Below, in pieces: positions 39,917-53,500 of a stretch of DNA of 64,000 bases; positions within the stretch are counted from its first letter, which is position 1, and each line of letters starts with the position of its first letter. The DNA comes from Eledone cirrhosa (lineage: Eukaryota). The position numbers were made by a program, and so were the translations under genes. The DNA is taken from the NCBI GenBank assembly GCA_964016885.1, contig OZ024743.1:285138001-285202000 (forward strand), given 5' to 3'. The notes under the pieces are model-generated. The model made no database searches. It was given only the letters and a program-made list of their open reading frames with translations, and was not told the origin of the DNA.

Positions 39917-42900
39917 CTGAAAGGTAAACAAATACAAAATGAAGCTAAATTGGTGAAAACAAAAGAAAATAAGACATAATAAAAATAATTAAAAAAGTGA
40001 TGAGAAGGAACAATGAAGAAAGGCATGGGATTTATTAGTCTGGCTTGATAATAATTGAAACAATTTTCATCCAGTAAAGGGCTGATAAAGCTACTACATA
40101 CATACACTTGTATCTATTTTGTGATTTTATAAAATCTCTAAACTTACCTACCTTATTAATAAACCAGTGTATAAAATAGCAACAAAATTGCCCAGTGAAA
40201 AAAAAAACATTTAACAACCAATGCTAATATGGAGTTCAAATTCTCTACAGTCAATTTATTTTATGGCGTGTTAAAAGTAAGGTTTTTAAATTTTATACTG
40301 CTTCAGTTATCTAGAGGTAGAATAAATACTTGATGATGCACTAGCATTCTAACCAGGAAGAGATGTGTCTGTTGTTCACTAAACATTTCAGAAACTAAAA
40401 ATGAATAGTTTCTTTTGTGGTTCACAAAATGTCTAATTTATTTTTTTTTTAGATCCATCGCAGATAGCCATTTACAGAGAAATATATCAACAAAAGTGAC
40501 ATCATCTTTGGTAAATTTCACATTTCTCCACAAAGCTACTGAGGGGAGATACAACCCACTGTTGTAAAGTGGAAGCAATTGCATATTTAACATGGGTTTC
40601 ATTAGCACTCACACACACATAGCAAGTATGATGATGCTAGATGTTAATAATAACTTGGAAATTATTTCCATGGCTGTAAAAGAAACTCCAATAACGTTCT
40701 GAGAGTTATGTTGAGAGAGCATGTGTCTGTGTAAGCTGTTACATCGATTGAATTAACTAGAGCTCTCAATGTTGGAGCCAACAGAGGTTCAGCATTACTA
40801 TTTCAGAAGTTTCCATGCATACCAATACAGAGTAATTAAGATGTTTTGAATAGTGAATGGGTAGAAGTTGCAAAGAAACCAGCAGGTGTTTGAAGAAAGT
40901 ACAGATGAAGCAGCTACTGGACACCTTTCAAATATATATCACAATGCTATCTTGTGACATTTCATCAATTTAATCCTTTCATTACCATATTTCTAATGAA
41001 AGACACTGCTAATGTTTACCTAATAATTTTGAAAATAATCAAGTACTTGGAGGGATTTAGTAAAACAAATGACTTCCTTATTATTAAGCTAATGTTTGGA
41101 ACATAACTTAACAAGAGTTCTTACATAAAATTATAATGGAATGTTTTTAGATAAATGAAAAAAAAAAAAACTTAAATAAACAGCTTTGTATTATAAAACC
41201 AGGGGTGGTTTCATGCATTTTGATATGGAAAGGGTTAATACATGGCTATAACAGTAGAGACTGGTTAGTCTGTCTATCTCATTCTTTCTTTCTTTCATTA
41301 CAAGCCACTGGAAAAAAGAAAATAAACCAACCTGTTGGCACAACAGGATAACTAAAGCCAATCACATAGATACCTTGCTCTGTAAAAATAGTAAAGTGAA
41401 AACATCATAAACATATTCAAAAGTAAAAAAAAAAATACTGAATTTGCCGGCCTATTGAACGCACTATAAAAAAAAAAAAAAGTCTTCCCTATGTCCAATA
41501 CGCCACCAGTATCACCGATGGAAGGCCAAACGGAGAGCGAGGACAATCATGGTTTAAAAAATTTAGTCTGTATTACTATTAGTATTACTAATACAGTAAT
41601 ACTTATATAAGTAATAGTTTAAGTAGAATGTTAACAATATTATCTCACCAGGCTAAGAATGCCTGCAAGGACAATGGGCATTGCCCCTTCCTCTAGACCT
41701 AGCTAACAAAGTAAAACAAAATTTCTCTATGTTGGAGATAATTCAAAACCAGTACCTTAAGATTGTAATGTGAGTGTTTACTTCTAAATTGCTGCCTATC
41801 TAGTCACAGTTATCATCAACATGTTCCACTTAGAAATTTCAATACCAAAAGAAAATGCTAGAAAATCTTAAAATAAAAGCCATTTTTTTTTTCTTTTAGC
41901 TGTAAAAAGCTTTGCATACTTACGCAACATTTTATCAGCAAAAACTGAAGCAAGTCGAGCATCTCCCAGCATCACGGGACAAATTGGATGGTCAGGATCC
42001 CCCTAAAAAGTAAAGCCAAAAATATATATAAATATATAATTTAGTGAACAAAATGAAAGAGGATTAATCTCACTAGCATCTTTTAACAGCTCTTCTGCTT
42101 TACAAGCTATATATTGTTTTTTTAAATTAACAGAGATAAAGAATTTACACAGATATAGTTGACTAATTGTGGTGTATATTAAGGCATATACAATATGTTT
42201 ATGTACAACAAAAACACAAGAGTCTTGCTGATTAATAGAGTAATACTTATGGCTTGGTGGTTAGAACATTGGACTTGCAATCGTGAAGTTGTGAGTTTGA
42301 TTCCCTGGCCGGATGATGCAGTGTCCTTGAGCAAGACACTTTATTTCACATAGCTCCAGTTTACTTAGCTGTAGAAATGAGTTGCGACATCATTGATGCC
42401 AAGCTGTATCAGCCATTGCCTTTCCCTTCGTTAACATCAGTGGTGTAGATAGGGAAGACCGGTATGCATGGGGGACAACTGGTTTTCCACAAACAAGCTT
42501 GCCCAGACTTGTGCCTCAGAGGGGAACTTTCTAGGTGTAAATCAAATAGTCATTTGTGACTGAAGGGGATTTTTATTTTTTTTACTTTAATATTTATTCT
42601 ATCAATTTTGAAGAGACAAATAACAAATTTCTTCCACACAAGTTACAGATCCTCCCTTGTCACTCTTGATGTCAGAAATGCACTAAACCATTGATTGGTC
42701 CATTGTAAACTTAAGCCCAATGGTATTCTTGTTCATCAATTTCAGTTTAAAAGAGTAAAATCAGTTAATAAAGCACAGTAAAACTTAACTTACAGACATG
42801 GTAAAGCCAGCATTAACCATCTGAGTTCGGAAACGTTTTGTGTTTGACAGAACTTTACCAGTCAAGCTGTCATCTTGCATGATAAGATCTAATGCCTGGA

Positions 42901-45900
42901 AAAGAGAAAATCAGATAGTAAAAGCTATCACTATTGTAACTAGTCTACAACAACGAGTAGATATTCAAGGTGTACTATTAATACAATGTTTATAAACATA
43001 GTGTAATGTTTATAAATATAGCAATTTTTATTGAGACCTGGGCATTGTGTGCAGAGGATATACGCAGACTAGAGAGAAATGAAGCTTGCATGCTCCGCTG
43101 GATGTGTAATAGTAATATACGTGAACGGCAAAGCATAAACGAACTAAGGAAAAAATTAGAAATAAGAGGGATCAGATGTTGTTTACTCGAGAGAAGGCTA
43201 CGTTGGTATGGTCACGTGATGCGCATGAAGGACGATAGCTGTATAACAAAGTGCAGGGCAATAAAGATAGACGGTAGCCACGGAATAGGCAGACCCAGAA
43301 AAACCTGGAACGAGCTGATAAATTCCGACCTCACACACTTACACCTCACCAAGACAATGTCACTGGACCAAGACCTTTGGCGGTACTCAGTAATAGAGAA
43401 GACCCGCCTTACCTAAATACAAAGTAAAACCTACTACAGTCAGTAGGCATCTCTAACAAAATACACCCCCGTCCCACCACCCCCACCCCATCCACACCGC
43501 CCCTTTCAATGTAAAGTTATGTTGGTGCCACAACATCCAGGCCGAAACAAATGAGATCGTGTAGGTGTCACGTCAAAAAACACACAGTCCACGCTGTAAT
43601 GTGGCCGTGTAGGCAACACGGTAAAAACCTCCCAGCCCCACACTGTAAATGTGGTTGGTGTTAGGAAGGGCATCCAGCTGTAGAAAACCCGCCAGACAGT
43701 CCTATGCGAGCAAGATAATCACTCTTGCCTCAAGTGGGAAAACCCCCGTCCAAACCCATGCAAGCGTGGAACACGGACGTTAAACGTTGATGATGATGAT
43801 GATAAGACCAAGAAGTAGCCATGATTTTTCCAGGTCATCCCAAAATGGTAAAATCAATGTTGTTGATATCAAGCTTGAACTAAATGTAGGGAAAACATGG
43901 ACTGAAACTTTCTCAATCCCACCTACCTAAAACTGAGATCGTAGTTTAGTGCAAGGTTTGAGGTATAAGAGAGTGAAAGGTAGGTGAATCAAGTGAGCAG
44001 GCTTGACAGAGGAGCAGAAATTGTTATAGTTGTTAGTAGACAGGAATAGGAAACAAAACAGGGATTGTAGTATGTTGGTTATTGAATATTTGGTAATAGC
44101 CAGAGATGTGTGTGTGTATGTAGTAACAACACTATATTAGATATGTGACTGGAGTATTAGGGGATCAAGCTGGAACTTTATTTGAAGTATTGTTTGCTCT
44201 AAAGAAGAAGCCTAGCTATTGAGATGTAATTTCAGCAAAATTATTGTATATATAGTTACTATAAAAGATAATTGCTGATGGTGGGTGCAAGTATAGCTCC
44301 ATGGCTAAGAAGCTTGCCTCATATATTTTCAACTATTGTGACAATTATGTTCCGCAGTCAACTAATATTTTAGAGAAGTAAGAAATTACTGACCTTGCTG
44401 GCAGAGGCCACTACTGGAGGTGGAAGTGTATTGGAAAATAAGTATGGGCGAGACCTCTGTCGTAGCATATCAATCAAATCTTTAGGTCCAGTAGTATATC
44501 CACCTGGATTTAGAAATAGAAAGCATAGAGAAATGTATTTCATTACAATAGATACACAGTAGAATAACAGGAGATATTTGTTTGCAATATTACAGACATG
44601 TCAAACCCCCACCAAAACGTTAAAATGGTTCTTAAAACTTTGTGGTAATGATAATTATGAAGACGATAATACCATAGTTATGATGGGAAAACTGCTACTG
44701 ATGACAATAGTGATATCACTGGATGATGATGATGATGATGATATTGCTGGATTCTGTTGATGAAGTTAATGGTGGTAATGATAAAGATGAGTGTGATATT
44801 ATAACTATCACATCATATTTAACTCTTAAAGATTTAGCAGAAAATATCTAAAGATGGGTTTGTTAATTTAAATGTTTATAGTAAATAACTAAAAGCAGAT
44901 TTGGTAATACAAATGTTTACAGTATCTTTACTAATGGACAAATCATTGTGAAAATGTGTAGTATGAGAATTAAAAACTTTAATTTTTCATGTGATACAGT
45001 CAGTGTTTTATAACTTTCAAGAATGCGATGCTATTGCAGTTTCATGTGGTACAGGATGTTAAGAGCTAAGCAGTAAGATAATGATAGACTTACCTGCAGC
45101 CCCACCTAATGCCTTCCCAAGTGTAGAGTTAATGATATCAACACGGCCTTCAATGCCATGATACTCTTCAGTTCCTCTTGAAATGCAAAGAGATATTTAA
45201 AAAATTCCAACTGTAAAATTTTAAATCACATTTAGACAAGAAATAAGAAAAGATTTAATATAGGAAAATATGTATATCATATGAAGTTGAAAAGCAATTC
45301 TCTGAATATTACCTCGTAGCCAATGAGAGAGAGGGGGGGGGGGAGTGTGTGTGTGTGTGTGTGCATGTGCGTGTGTGTGTGTGTGTGCGTGCGTGTGCAT
45401 GTGCGTGTGTCATCATCATCATCATCATCCTTTAAAATCTATTTTTCCATGCTAGCATGGGTTAGAAAAGTTGTCCCGTTGTAAGACAAGGCAGATCAGA
45501 TGACTGTGTCTTACTCATTCAAAACTGTGTCTGGCTTGATTTCTATGGCCGGATGCCCTTCCCAACACCAACCACATTTACAGTGTGGACTGGCTGCTTT
45601 TTATTGTAGCACCAAAATGACCAATTTACCGTGTGGACTGAGCGCTTTTTGTCATGTCACCAACACTACCACTTTACAGTGTAGACTGGGCGCTTTTTGT
45701 CATGTCACAAACACGACCACTTTACAGTGTAGACTGGGCGCTTTTTGTCATGTCACAAACACGACCACTTTACAGTGTAGACTGGGCGCTTTTTGTCATG
45801 TCACCAACATGATCTCTTTATAGTGTGGACTGGGGGTTTTTGTCATGTCACCAACACAACCACTTTATAGGCTCTTTTTGTCATCTCACCAAAAAAACCA

Positions 45901-47475
45901 CCTTATAGGTGGACTTGACGATTTTTTATTCCTCTTATACTACTCTTTCCTTAAACTCATCTGTGCTTCATTGCTTATGCACACAAAAATGTTACACAGG
46001 ACCAAGATCTTTGGCATTATGCTGTACTACAGAAAACTCGCCTTGTCTTGTCACGTTTGGCAAGACAGAAGAGTCATTTCAAACCCTATATTTTCTCCAT
46101 CCAATTGCCAAATACTGTAGCATCTTGTCTCTCACCATATTTACTTTCAGTACCATAGTGATTATACTGGCGGCCATATCTTTTGTTTTATGACATCTCA
46201 TCAGTCTGCTTAGTCCTGTATCATCTACTTCATGAGATTCAGTTTCCTGAGGCCATTTTTTACAATTGTAAACATTAAACTTATCTAATTTTCATTTGTG
46301 CGTATTCTGTTATTTTAGAATAGATACATCATATCCCTATGTGTTGTAAGAGGTGACTAAAAAGGTTGGCATCAAAAGAGGTATTCAACCATAAAACATC
46401 ACCATGAAAAACCCTGTCTAACCCATGCCAGCATAGGAAAGTGAATGTAAAGACAATGATGATAAGTTTCATATTAAAGACAACATCCAAAAAATGAAAG
46501 AAAATTAGAATTACCTGCCAGTCTTGCCAAAGAATCCAGTAGCATGACATTCATCAATAAACACAATAGCATTGTGTTTGTCAGCTAAATCACAAATATC
46601 TCTATGTAAGGAAGATATTAAAAGTGTTGATTTTGATTAAGAATATTCTCAATAATAACAAAAAACAAAAAATATTAGGAAATACTTTGAAAGTTAGAAA
46701 TTATAAGAATAACAATTTAAGCTTTTTGTTTAATGAAAAACACAAGGATAATTGTTTATATAATATACTTAATGTTTGAGATTAGCTTTATGGCTGGATT
46801 ACTATACATGTTCAGACTGCGTTGGTACGGATATGTAATGCACATGGATGATGATCACTGGGTGAAGAAGTGCCAGGAAATCCCAGTGGAAAGAAGCCAC
46901 ATTCGAGGTAGACCAAGGCAAAGGTGGTGAAAGCTGATCTCAAGTCACTGAGACTCATACAGGAGATGATGAAGGAATGCAGCCAACACATGCAAACATG
47001 GAAAAATGGATGTAAAAAGATGATGATGATGAAGAACAGTGCCAAATAATGACTTCTAACATTAACATAAGGTCAGATATTTTGAATAACTCACAGTCAT
47101 TGTATATAGTCTAGACCCATAACTTCTGATAGAGTCATGGGGGCACTATATTGACATATGGCGTTTCTTGAGCATTTTAAGCCTGGCAGAGCCCATCCCT
47201 CTCCAGAGTAGATTTCTTCCAGAGAAAGATAAAAAGTGAAGGAGAGAAGAAATGAGGAAGAGATATAGAGGAAAAATCGACCCCAATGCTAGATTGATAC
47301 TTTTTTTTATCAACCTCAAAAGGATGAAAGGCAAAGTTGACCTTGGCAGGATTTGAACTCAGAGAGCAGAGAGCCGGAATGAGTACCATGAAGCATTCTA
47401 TCTGACCTTCTCACGACTCTGCCAATGTGCTGCCTATAGTGTATAGTGCCTTACTAGCAAAAGACTAACTTCATT

Positions 47476-47509
<34 letters not shown>

Positions 47510-50500
47510 TTTTCTTTATTAACAAGAGTTCACATAAAGTAGACATTAAGGACAGTACAGGACAATACAGGACGGTACAAATGGGCATTTCTGCGTGTAA
47601 AAAAACAGAGGAAATAATAATAATAATAATGAAATGATTGTGTACAGTGCTCAGGTGCACTACAACTCATCAATGGTGCATGTATAGTACATAGAATAAT
47701 TGTTTCTATTTTTGGCACAAGGACAGCAATTACCCAGTGCGTTACTGGGACTTTATTTTATCGACCCCGTAAGGATGAAAGGCAAAGTTAACCTCGGCGG
47801 GATTTGAACTCAGAATTGCAAGGGCCGTAACTCTATGCGTCAAAGCATGGCATCCGACCCTCTACCGATACTGCCAATCTACCGTCCCTACTGCCAATCC
47901 ACCGCCCCTAGAGTTTCTACTTTTGGCATAAGGCCAGCGATTACCCCAGTGCATCACTGGTACTTTATTTTATCGACCTCGTAAGAATGAAAGGCAAAGT
48001 TAACCTCGGCGGATTTGAACTCAGAACGTAAAGGGCCATAACTATGTTGCAAAGCATGGTGTCTGACGCTCTACCGATACTGCCGAACCACCGCCCTCAT
48101 ATACATAGAATAATGTTTCCGATAGTCATGAGAGCTGTGCTGTTTTCTGACTTTGTTGGCATGCCCACGTGTGTTAGACAGGCATCTACCATTCAGAGTA
48201 TGGTAGATGCCTGATGGAGTGTATTCGCTTGGTTGCATGTCTCTGAACAGTTTCCAGGCGGTCAATGTTCTGAGCAAGATATGGGTTCCAGACTGATGAT
48301 GCAAATTCTAAGTGTGGCCGCACCATAACTATATACAGCTGACAAAGGTCTTGCTGAGTGATGCTAAGATACCCTCGGCCTTCTTGACAATTTTAGAGAC
48401 ATGCTTCATCCAATGCAAATCGCTGCTGACAGGATACGTTCACAAGAAGACTTCTTGATATTAGTGTTGTGGAGGGAGTATGTGGACGCTGGGTTTTTAC
48501 TCCCAAAATGCATGGTGGTACACTTGTCCACAGCCAACTTGAGTTGCCAGTCTGAGATCCATTGTTGCATTGTGTCCAGGTCAGACTGCAAGCAAGATCT
48601 ATAGTGTTCAGGATTTGTCCTTTTTATCTCAAAGTACAGCTTGATGTCATCTGTATATTTCAGTACTGTGGCATTCTTTAAGTTGGCATCTATGTCATTA
48701 ATATACATCATCAGTGGTCCGGGTGATGTCTTCAAGAAACTCGATAAGTTTATCACAGCAGCTGGAGTTAGGGATGAATCCAAATTGCAAGGGCCGGATA
48801 AGACTGAGAGTTCCAGAAGTTCCAAAGTGTTTCTCTGACACAGGATTCTATCAGTTTGGCAATGCAACTAGTAAGACTGTGTGGGGATTGCGAAGAGGAC
48901 CAACTGGAGAGTGATGCCTCTGTTTTGAGTGAACATACTTCTAGAAAACCTTACTGTCAGGGCTGGTTGTTATGCGCTGCTCAAATTCAAGCACTGCTTT
49001 TTTGTCACCTGCTTGAGATGGTTGGATGATTTATTTCGCTTTTTCCTATTGCTATCTGATTTATGCAGTTTGTAATCACGTTCAACCTTACAACGTTCTT
49101 TCCTGGCAAGACGGACTGCTGCAGTCTCCCAAATTGCACATCAGTGATCCGGGTGATGTCTTCAAGAAACTCGATAAATTGATCACAGCAGCTGGAGTTA
49201 GGGATAAATCCAAATTGCGAGGGCCAGATAAGACTGTGAGAGTTCCAGAAGTTCCAAAGTGATTCTCTGACACAGGATTCCATCAGTTTGGCAATGCAAC
49301 TAGTAAGACTGATTGGACGATAGTTCACAGGTGATGTGCGGTCACCCTTTTTGAACAGAGGAATGACACTGGCAGTTTTCCACTGTTCTGGAGTAGTACC
49401 GTTGTTCAGACAGAATTCCCAGAGTTTTTTCATTTTTTTGTTATTGCCAGTTGTTGTGGGTACAGTGTTTTCAGACCAGCTGGTATCTCTTTTCCATGTT
49501 TCACCAGCCTTAATAAACTTCTATATCTGCCCATCATCATGTAGGCTGAAGCTTTCATGTTGTGCCGAGTTGTGGTTTAAGGAAGCTGCAGTACGCAGCT
49601 TTGGGCGGACATCAGGTGAAAGACCAGGGCGTGTTCGGAAGGCAATCCGACTTTCACGCCTAGCTTTAGCAGAGGCCAAAAGATATGAACGTGCCTCAGT
49701 TGAGTTCGAAAAAGACAGTCTAATTAGCCTGGGTTTCGGACATGGTCGGCCAAGGCGTAGAGCACCCTTCAGGGGAGCACAGCCCAAGTCTTTGGATGAA
49801 TTAGCAGCAAATGTCTGAAGATCAACTATGTCTTCTGGTACACCAATGGCAATCACTTCATGGTTTACAGATTCAGTGGGATTCTCAATACGTCTAGATT
49901 CAGCAAGAGGTACAATATGTAAATTACCAATTTGCCAAAAACAATTCATCCAAGGAAAATCAAAAATGAATATAAAAAATTGTTGAAACATTTAAAATAT
50001 ATAAAAACAGTGAAATATATTCAACATTGAAAAAGAATATAAACTATTTCTAGTTATTTGTTGAGGGATTTACAAAGAAGAAAATAAATAAGGCCATTAT
50101 AGTTATCATTTCAACCTACATTTATCCATGGTGGCATAGAGCATATTACCACACAGCTTCACTTATTGAGATCTGTAAAGCCCCAACATCTGAATTATTT
50201 TTGGCAACCTTCTTTTTAATATATTTGTCTGCCAGTATTTTGAGTAATTGTATTTTGACTTTCGGCATAATTCTTGCACACACCCACTCCTACATATTGA
50301 ACAAAGCCAATTCCCAGAGGGCACAGATATATTGTGTTCTCTCTTAGTAACTAGAACATTGATCTTTGTCATATTAACCAAACGGCCAATGAATTCTAAA
50401 CCATTCTACCAAAATTAGAAACTTTACAGAAGATTTTGTAATCAAAATAAGAGAAAATTTGCCAAAATGAAATTAAGAAGGAAAAAAAAAATGATTAAAT

Positions 50501-53500
50501 TTAAAAAGTAAAACTATTAATAAACAATTTTTTTATAAACCCACTCACATTAGTGGTGCCACATTACCATCCATACTGAAAGCACCATCAGTAACAATGA
50601 GTCGTTGACGAGCACCAGATGTTTCTTTAAGTATTTTCTCCAAATCTATAAAAAGAAAAAATAATCCCATTACCTGTTCTCTAATTTTACTTCAAATAAA
50701 ATTATTGGTTTAGCACGAGTTTAATCCTTTCTATTACAAGACATTGCCTATGATTTTCAATTAATTTTGAGAATAATCAAGATTTTGGAGAGATTTAGTT
50801 TAGTAATAGAATGTACTTCCTCATTATTAAGCTGGTGTTTGGGATAGAGCATAACAAAGGATTTTACATAAAATTATGATGGAAGGTTTTTAGATAAATA
50901 TAGACACTTCAAAATAAACAGTTTTATATCATAAAACCAAGAATGATTTCAGGTGGTTTGGCATCAAAAGTGTTAACTCTGCATCACTGCATTGATGTAA
51001 GAAGCAACTAAAAGGCTTATGTCAAGGGCATCAGACTGTAAAACATTATCTAAAAAAATACACCATGTCATGGAGACTACAAACCTAAGCCTTGCTTTAG
51101 CAGGAGGGGGGCTTTAAATTAAGAAATTTTGAACCATGTGTTCAATGTACACATACTGTATATACGCAAATAAACATTAGAATTTTTTAAATAGTTCAAT
51201 TTATAAATATAAAAAAACATGTTTTCTTAACCTTCCATGTTCTTATGAAGATAACGGTGGCGCTGAGCTTTACACAATCGGATTCCATCAATAATGGATG
51301 CATGATTAAGTTCATCAGAAATAACAGCATCTTCAGGACTCAACAGAACTTCAAAAATACCAGCATTAGCATCAAAACAGCTAGCATAGAGAATAGCATC
51401 CTCTCTTCCATGAAATGAAGCCAATTTCTCTTCGAGTTCTCTGTGAATATCCTGCATAAATAGAAGTTTATAAGTATCACTGTTATTGTGGTTATTAAAC
51501 AACTACTACAACAGTAGCAATTAAAGCAGAAAAAACAACAACCATACACAGACAAAGTCCTCAACAACACCATTCTCCATAAGGAGAATGTCTGGCACAG
51601 CTTCTCAATAAAATTTATACAAATAAAAAGAACACAAAATATTTACGACAAGCAAGGGCTTCAATGGATTTACCATTCAATTTACATAAGAAAAGAGACT
51701 GCTATTGAGAACCACATCATAAGTTTATCACATTTTGAGAGAACATTTCTCACATGATATGGGAGTTAACATTAGGATAGCCAAACATTTTTTTTAAATA
51801 CCACACCAAACCACAACAATGTGCTGGCAAGACAGAAGTGTACATATGTTCCCTCATGCGATGATAAGATTTTGTTTTATAGCATCACTTTTGTCTCTTT
51901 AATTTGATTCCTTTTTATTCTTATTCGTTCTGTTCTTGTTTGTTGTATTGTTAACCCATACTAATTTCTTCTCTTATTGAGTCTTTCTATATTATTCTTA
52001 GATTGAATAAAAACCTTTGATTTGGTACAAAATAATACAACAATTTTATTCAATCATGGATCCGAAAATATTCAAGAAAATTCTTCCGGATGATCCTAGT
52101 AAATCCGATTATGCCTACTGGAAGAGAATGTTGGCGATCTATTTGGAAAACTTGTCTGTTCCTGACAAAAGTAAGCTGTCAGTCCTTCTGGTTCTTTGCA
52201 GAGCCAATGCTTATACTCTCATTGAAGAAGCAACATCATTCGATGAGGCGTTATCCATTCTTGATAATAAATTTCAAAAGAAAGGCTCAGCAATAATGAC
52301 TCGATATAAACTACGCAACCATCGTCAACAAGAAGGGCAATCATTGGAGGCCTACATGACTGAATTAAAAGCCCTTGCAAAGAAATGCCCCACTAAACCC
52401 CTAACAGGGGAACAACATAGACAATTGTTGATTTGTGATGCGTTCGTGTCGGGTGTTCAATCCGCCACCATAAAACAACGACTTCTGGAATCACCTGACG
52501 AAAATCTAGATAAAATATTCCAAACCGCTCTCACATTAGAACTGGCAATAGAAGACGCACAAAATCTGTCGACAACAACAATACAACCGCCGTCACAACC
52601 CGTATTCGCTGCTTCTTCATCAAAATGTTTCTGCTGTGGTGATTCATATCACCAAAAATCAGAGTGCCCTGCAAAAAATTCAACTTGCAATTTCTGCCAC
52701 AAGAAAGGCCACTGGGCAACAGTATCTTTTGTTAAAAATAAGAAGGTACTAAAGAAGATAAAACACGCAGCAGTCTTGAATAATAACGAGGGCCCCGATG
52801 AAGCCTATGATGGCAGTAATCTTGCTGCCTGCTATAAACTTGCTTCCGTGATCATCATCATCATCATCATCAGGTTTAGCGTCCGTGTTCCACGCTTGCA
52901 TGGGTTTGGACGGGGGTTTTCCCACTTGAGGCAAGAGTGGTTGTCTTGCTCGCATAGGACTGTCTGGCGGGTTTTCTACAGTTGGATGCCCTTCCTAACA
53001 CCAACCACATTTACAGTGTGGGGCTGGGAGGTTTTTACCGTGTTGCCTACACGGCTACATTACAGCGTGGACTGTCTGGCGGGTTTTCTACAGCTGGATG
53101 CCCTTCCTAACACCAACCACATTTACAGTGTGGGGCTGGGAGGTTTTTACCGTGTTGCCTACACGGCCACATTTACAGCGTGGACTGTGTGTTTTTTGTC
53201 GTGACACCTACACGATCTCATTTGTTTCGGCCTGGATGTTGTGGGACCAACATAACTTTACATTGAAAGGGGCGGTGTGGGTGGGGTGGAGGTGGTGGGA
53301 CGGGGGTGTGTTTTGATAGAGGTGCCTACTGACTGTAGTAGGTTTTTACTTTGTATTTAGGTAAGGCGGGTCTTCTCTATTACTGAGTACCGCCAAAGGT
53401 CTCGGTCCAGTGACATTGTCTTGGAGAGGTGTAAGCGTGTGAGGTCGGAATTTATCAGCTCGTCCCATGTTTTTCTGGGTCTGCCTACTCCGTGGCTACC

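Noticed and set aside
45635-45870. CRISPR-like array
   Set aside because: Head-to-tail tandem units with no unique spacers, no cas genes, and a eukaryotic intron context.
52017-53204. 395-aa ORF as a single gene
   Set aside because: A chimera: Gypsy gag reads into the antisense 3' UTR of the nested RTE.
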